Shown here in pieces: positions 19,427-27,645 of a stretch of 64,000 nucleotides of DNA. Numbering within the stretch: the first letter of the stretch is position 1; the number at the start of each line of letters is the position of its first letter. The stretch spans positions 64,001 through 128,000 of IMG/VR virus record IMGVR_UViG_3300020203_000008; one strand, 5' to 3'. Source of the DNA: a virus. A program made the translations under genes and the position numbers. The notes under the pieces were generated by a model, which saw only the letters and a list, made by a program, of their open reading frames with translations, ran no database searches and had not been told where the DNA came from.

Positions 19427-20818
19427 ATGGCAGGCAACACATCACATTATCGTCTACAGAAACTAGCCCAGAGCGATTCATTCGACCTGAACGGTTATAA
19501 GTTCACTAATGCTGACCGGGATCAAATTGATAGGCTTCTCTATCAAGGAGCCGAAGGCCATCGACACACCGGTACTTCTACCAGTACGGCTACTCCGTCC
19601 ACTGGGCCGTCAGCTACCGTATCAACTACTGGGGGCACGCTCAGTTCTGGGCTAACTATCTACTACAAATATGCCCTTGTAGATATTTATGGAAATGAGA
19701 CTGCTGCCTCTCCTGAAACAGTTGTCTCAACTATTGCTTCTCTGTTGCAACCTTCTTCTCCGACGATGACTACTCAGACCACTGGTGGTACGCATCTACC
19801 GGGCAACTATTTTTACGTTCTGAGTGCCTTCACTGGAGCAAACACCAGTGAAACTAAAGCCCTCTCCCCGGCATATATTACAGTGCCCGTTGGAACGAGT
19901 ACGAACAAGGTTGTTCTAACTCTTCCAACTTTGCCATCCGGAGCTTCGGGATTCAATATATACAGGAAGGGACCAGGAGATCTCTCTTACTTTTTCCTGG
20001 CGTCCCTGAATATAGGCGCTACTCCAGCTACAACCTATACTGATAACAATTCGGTCACAGAAGATTGCAACAGATCGTTGCCGACAAGCAACACAACTAA
20101 TAATACCAACAAGGTTAGGATATCCTATCCTGGTACAACACCTACTATTCCGGCTGGCTATACCTGGAAAATATATCGAAGCTTTTCTAATGGTATCTGG
20201 GATAACACAACTCTCCATTGGGTTGTAGAAGAGACGAGTGTAGGATCCGGCATTATCGTCACTTATTACGATGATGTTGGAAACTCGACATCGGGCGGTA
20301 GACCGCAGGATGCGACCATTTCGGTCGGGCAGCCAACTAAGATTCTACTAACCAATTCTACTGAAGTTCAGGGTTCCCTGCCGATGGGGAATGTAGCTGG
20401 CTTCCCGTTCGAAGTTACGTTTGCGTTTAGTGGTACTCTATCGGTCCAAACGGGTAAGTCGATTTGGATTTGTGAGTTTCCTAACTTTCAGGTTTTGACA
20501 GCTCGTGCTGTTCTGGGTTTGGGATCTACTCCTGCTTCTGCATCTGTGATTGTCGATGTTAATAAGATCAGTTTCGGGGCTACTCCGACCGCAGTAACCA
20601 TGTTCGCTAATCAGGCATCTCGTCCGAGGGTTTTGGTGGGAGCGACTCGTGGTGCTACTGCTGCTCCTGATAGTCGATTTCTTCTAGTCGCTGGAGACGG
20701 AATCACCTGCGACGTGGACCAAGTAGGCGGCGGAGCTACACCTACTGATAATAACCTGACTATCCATATTTATGGATTCGCATATGGATTCCCAACGACT
20801 AGTTGGGTTAACTCCTAA
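19427..20818 (+). CDS. tail fibre/minor tail protein (Thr/Ser-rich, Fn3-like repeats)
   Basis: Two repeats of TTGGT..G..YY...GNET..S...FNIYR/WKIYR. Confidence 0.6.
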   Translation: MAGNTSHYRLQKLAQSDSFDLNGYKFTNADRDQIDRLLYQGAEGHRHTGTSTSTATPSTGPSATVSTTGGTLSSGLTIYYKYALVDIYGNETAASPETVVSTIASLLQPSSPTMTTQTTGGTHLPGNYFYVLSAFTGANTSETKALSPAYITVPVGTSTNKVVLTLPTLPSGASGFNIYRKGPGDLSYFFLASLNIGATPATTYTDNNSVTEDCNRSLPTSNTTNNTNKVRISYPGTTPTIPAGYTWKIYRSFSNGIWDNTTLHWVVEETSVGSGIIVTYYDDVGNSTSGGRPQDATISVGQPTKILLTNSTEVQGSLPMGNVAGFPFEVTFAFSGTLSVQTGKSIWICEFPNFQVLTARAVLGLGSTPASASVIVDVNKISFGATPTAVTMFANQASRPRVLVGATRGATAAPDSRFLLVAGDGITCDVDQVGGGATPTDNNLTIHIYGFAYGFPTTSWVNS

Positions 20819-20829
20819 CGTAGGGGATT

Positions 20830-21855
20830 ATGGAAGTTAGAATTGTTCGTCCTAAAGTTCCTCAGGTACGCGTGCGGCAGGGTCCTTTCTCTACAAGTCC
20901 CCGTTCAGCGGTGACTTTGTTGAGTGAAGCGGTTCAATCTCCTGAGTTAGCTCATGTTTGGAAGATAGATCGACTGGTTGTTAGCCTCCTAGATCCTGAC
21001 AATGCTCTTGAGGTTAGCTCCCAAGAAATCAAGAGTGATAGTCGTGGTTCATTTTTCTTGTCTGCTTTCACGACTAGCATGCGTATCTATAGGATGCCTG
21101 AGAGAGGCCCGACCTTACTCAATGATCCATTGCCGGATCCAGTAGGTAATCTGACTGGATACTTCACGATAGATAAAGCAAATAATCTTCTCTATGCTAC
21201 GGCTGGCACACAAGCTTTGACATCTGCTTCCATTTGGGAGTGCGATCTATCTACGGACACCTGGAGATTGATTAGTGGAAGTATCTCTACGAGTGGATAT
21301 GTGGAGGGATCCGATCCTAGATATTCTCAGCTTGGAGGGATTGTCAAAGCTGGTAATTTTTTGTATGTGGCAGATCAAGCTGGCAGGGTGATCCGTCGCG
21401 TCTCTTTAGCCGGACAGTCAACCATACACTATGGAGATATCCTCACGCCTCGTGGGTTTACTTATTTAGGTTATGCTTATGATAATGTGTTTGCATCTAA
21501 TGATGTAAACCTCATTAGAATTAATACAGATCTATCTGAAACTACTATTCCAATCTATGATACTGAGGATCCCATCCTCCTAAACTATAAGTACCAACTC
21601 ATCTGGACGAATCCGGCTCCCGATTCAGCCGATTTTGGGTGGCCCTATAATGATTATGCTCCTACCGTGAATGGTTTTGGCGTAGCTCAAGATCAGCTTC
21701 TTGTGACGGTACGTATGAGCTTCCCTAGTTATCCTAATTCTGTAGGAACCCTGGTACTTCAAAAATCTTTTGGCGCACCTGCTCGTGGTATGGATACAGC
21801 CAGTGATGGTACTCTTTATCTGGTCATGTCTCAGATTCCTGTCGATATCGCCTAA
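20830..21855 (+). CDS. minor tail protein with NHL/beta-propeller-like segment
   Basis: LYVADQAGRVIRRVSL and RGMDTASDGTLY blades. Confidence 0.5.
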   Translation: MEVRIVRPKVPQVRVRQGPFSTSPRSAVTLLSEAVQSPELAHVWKIDRLVVSLLDPDNALEVSSQEIKSDSRGSFFLSAFTTSMRIYRMPERGPTLLNDPLPDPVGNLTGYFTIDKANNLLYATAGTQALTSASIWECDLSTDTWRLISGSISTSGYVEGSDPRYSQLGGIVKAGNFLYVADQAGRVIRRVSLAGQSTIHYGDILTPRGFTYLGYAYDNVFASNDVNLIRINTDLSETTIPIYDTEDPILLNYKYQLIWTNPAPDSADFGWPYNDYAPTVNGFGVAQDQLLVTVRMSFPSYPNSVGTLVLQKSFGAPARGMDTASDGTLYLVMSQIPVDIA

Positions 21856-21872
21856 CTTTATAAGGAATCATT

Positions 21873-22205
21873 ATGGATCGATACTTTGATGCAAGTAATC
21901 AACCACTACCTGGGCCTACTAGGCTGGTTACTATCTCTGAGGCTAATGAAGTGCAATATTTCGTAGGACAGGGTTCTATCCCGGCGTATGACGGCATTGA
22001 TCCAGTCCTGTTTTTTCCTATCCCCATAAACACTCCATATCCTCCTAATAATTTGGTACTCCCCATAGATCAGCCACCCACGCACACTAATGGGTCTAGC
22101 TTGGCAAGATTTCAGACTGATGTAACTGTAGGGTTGCAAGCTAGAGGTATTGTTTCCGTTCAGCGACAGCAAATTAGAGTTCACAAAGTAGAAAGCGGAG
22201 TCTAG
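21873..22205 (+). CDS. hypothetical tail-region protein
   Basis: RBS TAAGGA; Pro-rich. Confidence 0.6.
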   Translation: MDRYFDASNQPLPGPTRLVTISEANEVQYFVGQGSIPAYDGIDPVLFFPIPINTPYPPNNLVLPIDQPPTHTNGSSLARFQTDVTVGLQARGIVSVQRQQIRVHKVESGV

Positions 22206-22207
22206 AG

Positions 22208-22732
22208 ATGGCTGACTGGGATCCATTTATCGCATCAAACGCTCCGACCATCTGTCCTACGAGTGCTGAGTCAACTGGTGCTCAGGCCATATGTGATGGC
22301 AACATTCTTAGTAGTATTTGGGCAGTTGCCAACACGGCTGTCTACATTCCGTTTGTTGTCTACCAGTCATTTATGGTTGTGAAGTTGAGTGTCTGGAATG
22401 GAACAGTTGTTGCCGGTAACTTTGACTTGGGTGTGTATGATGATCAGAAGAACAGGCTGGTTTCTTCTGGTTCTACGGCTCAGGCTGGTACATCTGTTAT
22501 TCAGACAGTAGATGTCACCGATGTATTGCTATTGCCTGGTCAGTATTATATGGCGTGTGTTGCTAATGGGATTAGCGGTCGATACTTTAAGTACACATCT
22601 GTTGCTTCTGTCCAGGGGTCATGGGGAGTTCTGAGTCAGACCTCTGCGTTCCCGCTGCCTACTACGGCTAATTGGGTACGTAACACGATGGAGGCTCCAA
22701 TAATGATGGTTCACCAAAGGACGACAAACTAA
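22208..22732 (+). CDS. minor tail protein (paralog 1)
   Basis: Beta-sandwich; clearly similar to the next ORF. Confidence 0.6.
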   Translation: MADWDPFIASNAPTICPTSAESTGAQAICDGNILSSIWAVANTAVYIPFVVYQSFMVVKLSVWNGTVVAGNFDLGVYDDQKNRLVSSGSTAQAGTSVIQTVDVTDVLLLPGQYYMACVANGISGRYFKYTSVASVQGSWGVLSQTSAFPLPTTANWVRNTMEAPIMMVHQRTTN

Positions 22733-23259
22733 TGAGTGACTGGCCAACTATCTTTTCTCACAACAGCACGATCAATTCTTCTTCACAGGAAGTGCCGATA
22801 GCCTTTGTGTTCGGTAGCGCTTCTAGTGCCTGGCCATCGGCTAACCGAGGTATCTTTGTGCCGTTTAATCTTCGCGCTCCTTTTCTTGTGCAGAGATTAT
22901 TCTGGCTCAATGGAACCTCGGTCGCAGGTAATGTTGATTGTGGTATTTATATGACTACGAATCCGGGTAATTGCACAAGGCTGGTGAGCACAGGAAGTAC
23001 GGCTCAGTCGGGAGGGACAGCCATCCAGGCTGTCAATATTACTCCTCTTTTGCTACAGCCAGGTGGCTATTACATGGCTCTATCAGTTTCTACTACTTCG
23101 GCAACCATTAGGACAAGAGGATCTAACGTGGTGGCTTGCCAGGCTGCTGGGATCGTACAAGCACCGTCCATGGTGCCACTGACCACGAATCCAACGCTGG
23201 AAGCTCCGGTCTCCAATTATCTGCCATTGTTTGGCCTAACCTCAGCATTAGTGATTTAA
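22732..23259 (+). CDS. minor tail protein (paralog 2)
   Basis: Shares NGT.VAGN.D.G.Y, RLVS.GSTAQ and LLL.PG.YYMA with the previous ORF. Confidence 0.6.
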   Translation: MSDWPTIFSHNSTINSSSQEVPIAFVFGSASSAWPSANRGIFVPFNLRAPFLVQRLFWLNGTSVAGNVDCGIYMTTNPGNCTRLVSTGSTAQSGGTAIQAVNITPLLLQPGGYYMALSVSTTSATIRTRGSNVVACQAAGIVQAPSMVPLTTNPTLEAPVSNYLPLFGLTSALVI

Positions 23260-23278
23260 GGATTAGAAGGATTAGAAT

Positions 23279-23635
23279 ATGGCTGTAACTGCATCTGCTT
23301 CAGGAACTCAGACCGCAGAAGTGACGACAGAACATCAGTTGGCAGATACTTATGTCGCTGGAACTTATACGTTCCATGTTGATACGGTTAACCTGGCGGC
23401 GGGAGATGTTGTTGAGCTGAGAATTTACCAAATGATCTTGAACGGTGGAACCGCTAGGGTCATCTACTCAACCAGATATGCAGGCGCTCAGCCTACCGAC
23501 GATCTCATTAAGGTTAGCGTACCTGTTAGTAGCGAGCTAGGTTCTGCCTCGCCAAGCGTAGCGCTGCGATTCAGCTTGAAGCAGACTTTCGGGACTTCCA
23601 GGAACTTTCCTTGGAAGGTACTTAAGTACGCCTGA
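23279..23635 (+). CDS. minor virion protein
   Basis: 118-aa beta protein in the tail fibre cluster. Confidence 0.55.
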   Translation: MAVTASASGTQTAEVTTEHQLADTYVAGTYTFHVDTVNLAAGDVVELRIYQMILNGGTARVIYSTRYAGAQPTDDLIKVSVPVSSELGSASPSVALRFSLKQTFGTSRNFPWKVLKYA

Positions 23636-25227
23636 TGGCATCTGCGTCGACCCGCCATATTGAAGTTCTCTTACCTACTATAGCCGGATTGGTTAATCCA
23701 ACTGTAGTAATAGCTACAAGCGCGGTTGGTTCTCCAGCGATTCAGACTAGTTCCACGGTTGTTGTCTCCACTGTTACTGCTGTTGCGGCGGTGGGGGTTG
23801 CTACAGTAGAGACTGGTACTCCAGCTACAGTTAATGCAACGGCGGTGAGTGCTGTTGCTGCGGTTGGAACGGTAACTATCACGACATCAGCCCTTGTGAC
23901 TGCCGTTGTGGTGTCTCGTTCTGTGGCGGTAGGTGTACCTACAATCTCCACTATTACTTCTTCTCCAGTAAATGTTGCTTGCGGGGTGTTCAGTAAATCC
24001 ACATCCGCTGCTCCAGTGTCGCAATCTGTTACGCTTGGGTTTCAGCCCAAAGCGGTATTTCTGTGGTCTGATAGTACGACCGTTGATGACACTCTAGCCA
24101 CTAATGGCATGTTCACGGTGGGTATTACATCCTCTGTTACAGACTCTATCGCCGTGTGTAATTATGCACCTAATGGGAGCAACTCGATCAACCGGCATAA
24201 GACACATGGAGATAGCAAGCTTATTGTTTTCAGGACAACAACAATTCTAGCAGAAGCCAGCCTGACATCTTTTAATGTAGATGGATTCACTATGTCGTGG
24301 ACCACCAATAATGCCACGGCATACCGGATTAACTATATAGCCTTTGGCGGCGATGACGTTACTGCCCAGATGGTGAAATGGTATCCCACCGACAATATCG
24401 AGCAGTTCTCTGTTACTGGGGTGGGCTTCCAGCCTGATGCACTTCTTAATGTCAACAGTTATGTCAACTTTGATGGAGGATCTCTTCCCCGCACTGTCAC
24501 GGGAATCAACTTCGGGATTGGGGCAGCTTCGCCTTCAGGGCAATTTACCACTTACATGGGGGAGACGACGGGCTTCGGGGGCAACGAGGTTTCTTATTCT
24601 AGGTTCATTGATGATGGTTTCGTAAGCTTCAATGGATTTTTGGGGGGAACAGAGAGTTGTAGAATTGCCCTTGTCTCAATGGATGTAGACGGATTTACGG
24701 TGAATGCTACGAAAGTGGGCACCGGAGCCATTGAATTATACGCATTAGCGTTAAAATTTGATTCTGGGTCTATAGAAGTAGGAAACTTCCAGAAATCCAC
24801 ATCCTCTGCTCCAGCTACACAGAATTTGTCTAGCGTGGTCATCTCTCCAGATTCTATGTTCTTTGTTGGGGATAAAGTTACGACGCCAGATACCGATGTA
24901 GCTAACGCTCATCTCTATGTGGGTTCAGGGGATGATGCTGCTCAAGTGAGTACTGCTTGGGGGGCCAGGAATGGGACGAATCCATCTGAAGTTAAGTCGA
25001 TCAGTGGGGGCACTAAAGCTATTACTGTTAATGATGGCACTAATATGGGTGTCGCTGATGCTAAAGCTTCGCTATCTCTAGCGTCAGCGATTCCGGTTCT
25101 CACTTGGGACCCCAACTCATCTAATGCCGTTAATATGGGTTATATGGCATTCCAGTTCGGCGTGGAGTCTGGTGGCGGTGGGGGATCTGGCAATGCTGTC
25201 TTGACTCCTGGCTTCATTCCACTCTGA
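23635..25227 (+). CDS. tail fibre/receptor-binding protein
   Basis: Val/Ala/Thr shaft repeats, then repeated GFQP..A/D...DGFT units. Confidence 0.6.
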   Translation: MASASTRHIEVLLPTIAGLVNPTVVIATSAVGSPAIQTSSTVVVSTVTAVAAVGVATVETGTPATVNATAVSAVAAVGTVTITTSALVTAVVVSRSVAVGVPTISTITSSPVNVACGVFSKSTSAAPVSQSVTLGFQPKAVFLWSDSTTVDDTLATNGMFTVGITSSVTDSIAVCNYAPNGSNSINRHKTHGDSKLIVFRTTTILAEASLTSFNVDGFTMSWTTNNATAYRINYIAFGGDDVTAQMVKWYPTDNIEQFSVTGVGFQPDALLNVNSYVNFDGGSLPRTVTGINFGIGAASPSGQFTTYMGETTGFGGNEVSYSRFIDDGFVSFNGFLGGTESCRIALVSMDVDGFTVNATKVGTGAIELYALALKFDSGSIEVGNFQKSTSSAPATQNLSSVVISPDSMFFVGDKVTTPDTDVANAHLYVGSGDDAAQVSTAWGARNGTNPSEVKSISGGTKAITVNDGTNMGVADAKASLSLASAIPVLTWDPNSSNAVNMGYMAFQFGVESGGGGGSGNAVLTPGFIPL

Positions 25228-25240
25228 TTTATGTCGATAT
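25214..25240 (+). promoter_or_regulatory. putative sigma-28-like promoter (TCAT-N15-GTCGATAT) for pup
   Basis: Same spacing as the 2207 and 7758 matches. Confidence 0.4.
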
Positions 25241-25261
25241 GTTCGTGACCTAAGGAGTCAC

Positions 25262-25447
25262 ATGGGACAGATCCGTAAGCAGAGAAAAGTCGAGAAAAAG
25301 GTTGAGTCTGTAGCGGAACCGGTCGAAGCCAAGGACAGTACTGCCCTTAAAGCTGAAATGGATGCACTCCTAGATGAGATTGATTCAGTCCTAGAGGAAA
25401 ATGCAGCGGAGTTTGTTAAAGGCTACATTCAAAAAGGGGGGGAATGA
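25262..25447 (+). CDS. pup: prokaryotic ubiquitin-like protein Pup
   Basis: C-terminal LKAEMDALLDEIDSVLEENAAEFVKGYIQKGGE matches the Pup signature (DDLLDEIDDVLEENAEDFVRAYVQKGGQ/E); 61 aa; RBS TAAGGAG. Confidence 0.93.
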   Translation: MGQIRKQRKVEKKVESVAEPVEAKDSTALKAEMDALLDEIDSVLEENAAEFVKGYIQKGGE

Positions 25448-25659
25448 ACGAAGAAGACGAGCTACTTCGCAAGCTGGACGAAGAAATGCAGGATCGCAAG
25501 GTCATCTCCCTCATCCTCCGAGAGGGGCAGCCGGTGGAGGTCGAAAATGGAGGGCTTCCAGCCGATACTGTATTAGCAACACTATTTAAGGCTCTACTTT
25601 TCCTGGTCTTGGATGATTATATGGATGAAGACGAAATCCTTTACGAGGAAGAAGACTAG
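25444..25659 (+). CDS. small acidic protein
   Basis: ATGA-coupled to pup; very Asp/Glu-rich. Confidence 0.65.
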   Translation: MNEEDELLRKLDEEMQDRKVISLILREGQPVEVENGGLPADTVLATLFKALLFLVLDDYMDEDEILYEEED

Positions 25660-25673
25660 GGAAGAAGAGAGCG

Positions 25674-25862
25674 GTGAACAAAATCGCCATCCAGAGGGCT
25701 AATGGGATTACCAGAATTGGGATTCTCTGTGAAGGTCATACCTCCGATGCGATTGGAATTCTCGTTAAAGCGGGTAAGGAATACCGGATACGAGAGTACG
25801 ACGGGCCTCAAATCTGTGAAGCCTGTGGACAAACAGACTATCTCCATGTGGAGGAGGGTTAA
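25674..25862 (+). CDS. small Zn-binding-like protein
   Basis: CxxH and CxxC motifs; coupled to the holin start. Confidence 0.5.
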   Translation: MNKIAIQRANGITRIGILCEGHTSDAIGILVKAGKEYRIREYDGPQICEACGQTDYLHVEEG

Positions 25863-26203
25863 TGAATTCGATTGTAAAGCTTGATGTTGGTTTCTTGGCC
25901 ATCGTTGCGGGTACGTTCATTCCGATCGTGGTCGCATTGGTAACCAAGTGGAAGACATCTTCAGGAGTCAAGGCTGTCGTTAATGGTTTACTAGCCGCTG
26001 TAGCCGGTGCTGTCGCTGTCGCTACCCAGGCTAATGGAGTCGTTAACGTCAGGAATACGGTAGGGGCTATTGCTCTAGCGTGGTTGACTTCTGTTGCCAC
26101 CTACTATGGCCTTTGGAAGCCAACTGGAATTGCTAATGCAGTTGGTGAGAAGACCCAGAACGTGGGTATTGGTTCGAATCAATCCGGTATTCCGGGGGCA
26201 TAA
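25862..26203 (+). CDS. holin
   Basis: 2-3 TM segments; IPIVVALVTK...VKA...ATYYGLWKPTG is a typical actinophage holin pattern. Confidence 0.7.
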   Translation: MNSIVKLDVGFLAIVAGTFIPIVVALVTKWKTSSGVKAVVNGLLAAVAGAVAVATQANGVVNVRNTVGAIALAWLTSVATYYGLWKPTGIANAVGEKTQNVGIGSNQSGIPGA

Positions 26204-26205
26204 TT

Positions 26206-26472
26206 GTGGACCGGCTAAAGTCGGGCACGGCAGGATGGGTCCTTCTCACCGCATTAGTGTTGAGTTGGGACTACGGAGTAGGTATGCGGGCGGGGGGAGA
26301 AACTCTCTCTTCCAGTTTTGCTAGAGCCACTCGCCATCCCCGTGCCCGATGGCCGGTTATATCTATGTGGGTTATCATAACGGCTCATTTGTTTGAACGG
26401 TTGCCAGAGATGGTTGATCCATTTCATCATATGGCAAAAGTAGTCAGCACGCGGGGGGCGGGGCGTGAGTGA
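26206..26472 (+). CDS. small membrane protein
   Basis: AGWVLL...GETLSSSF...HPRARWP...AHL...DPF; a type common in actinophages. Confidence 0.55.
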   Translation: MDRLKSGTAGWVLLTALVLSWDYGVGMRAGGETLSSSFARATRHPRARWPVISMWVIITAHLFERLPEMVDPFHHMAKVVSTRGAGRE

Positions 26473-26678
26473 ACAAATTTCGAACACCCCGGAATATACA
26501 TTGGCCGAGGTTGACCAGGGATGGGATTATCTTCATCCTGGGCGTCCTCATGATCGGTTCGCAGACGGTTCACTCCCTCTCAGGGGAGTCGGCGGACGCA
26601 CAGATCGTGACGGGTGGGATCGCACTGATCCTCGCTCCAGGGATTCTGCACGCAGGCTCGAAGAAGCGGGACGAGTGA
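26469..26678 (+). CDS. small 2-TM membrane protein
   Basis: Two hydrophobic segments and a basic C-tail; overlaps the upstream stop. Confidence 0.5.
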   Translation: MNKFRTPRNIHWPRLTRDGIIFILGVLMIGSQTVHSLSGESADAQIVTGGIALILAPGILHAGSKKRDE

Positions 26679-26799
26679 GGACCGAGGTGGGCGGTCCCGC
26701 TCTAGTCAAGGTCGTCAAGAGATTCCGTATCGAGATCATCTACGTCATTGTTGCGGGGACAATCGTTGCCTGCACTCCCCTGATCCAGCGGGTAGTCGG

Positions 26800-27144
26800 A
26801 TGAGTCTGAGCCTGATCAAGAAGTTGACCCCTTACTTCTTTGTGGTGGTCGTCTCGATCGGCCTCATCGGTCAGATCCAGTTCAACGCCGACCGGAACGC
26901 GAGGGAGATACGAGATCGTATTCAATCAAAGTGCATCTCCATCCAGTCGAACTGGGACACGATTACCCGCATCCTCCTGACCGGACCCGACGACCCGCTT
27001 GTGATCCCGCCCGAGGTTGCGCCGGAAGTGCCCGAGTCGACGGTCGTGCTCATCGAGGAGATCCTCACCCAGGCAAACGACCGGGCCAACGCCCAGAAGC
27101 GCGAATCGCAGGAGAAGCTCGGACCACGACCGGGGTGCCCATGA
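26800..27144 (+). CDS. membrane-anchored protein (lysis-accessory?)
   Basis: N-terminal TM, coiled coil and two Cys; high GC3. Confidence 0.55.
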   Translation: MSLSLIKKLTPYFFVVVVSIGLIGQIQFNADRNAREIRDRIQSKCISIQSNWDTITRILLTGPDDPLVIPPEVAPEVPESTVVLIEEILTQANDRANAQKRESQEKLGPRPGCP

Positions 27145-27324
27145 CCGTTCTCGAATTTATCTTAAACTCAAATTAACAAACCAGTGAGAGCAATTAGCGA
27201 AAATTTTCCTGGTGCCGTCAAGCAAATCAAGAAAATCTGAGCAGAAATCCTTGCAACGGTACGGCTAGAGGCGTAGAACCTCACTACCGCCTGAGGGCGG
27301 GATAACCGAACGTATTAGTCGGGA

Positions 27325-27597
27325 GTGTTCGTGGGGCAGCCTTCTACGCTTGATGCTAGGTCTTTGACGCTTGCAGACGCGATCAGATACCTGAGGGAGA
27401 AGCGGGGCTTCAGTGCCCGATCTCTCAGCCTTAAGGCTGGAGTGAGTCCCTCCTATGTTGGGAAGCTGGAATCAGGCGAGATTGAACCTTCTGTGAGAGT
27501 GTTCGCAAGAATCGCTTTGGTTCTCGGTATGTCCCAACCGGAGATCTTTTTCTGTGTCGTGCAGGAAGGGCTCCGCGACCTCCCGACTAATGCTTGA
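27325..27597 (+). CDS. XRE/Cro-C1 family HTH regulator
   Basis: IRYLREKRGFSARSLSLKAGVSPSYVGKLESGEIEPSV signature. Confidence 0.85.
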   Translation: MFVGQPSTLDARSLTLADAIRYLREKRGFSARSLSLKAGVSPSYVGKLESGEIEPSVRVFARIALVLGMSQPEIFFCVVQEGLRDLPTNA

Positions 27598-27622
27598 TAC
27601 TGTCCCACCCTCATGTTATTGT
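27594..27622 (+). promoter_or_regulatory. sigma-70/SigA-type promoter TTGATA-N17-TATTGT (extended TG)
   Basis: Upstream of the replication operon; spacer contains TGTCCCACCCTCA. Confidence 0.55.
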
Positions 27623-27645
27623 TCTAAGATATTAGGCCGGAGGGC

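Noticed and set aside
20830-22205. Stop-codon readthrough or recoding joining 20830..21855 and 21873..22205
   Set aside because: The ORFs are in different frames and the second has its own RBS; standard-code ORFs tile the window, so there is no sign of genetic-code reassignment.
22208-25227. Diversity-generating retroelement or invertible tail-fibre cassette
   Set aside because: No reverse transcriptase or recombinase, and no near-identical TR/VR pair; the paralogs diverge at all positions.
26465-26803. 112-aa ORF overlapping 26469..26678
   Set aside because: The N-terminal part looks like off-frame sequence; only a short 3' TM-coding part (from ~26675) is plausible, so it was not called.
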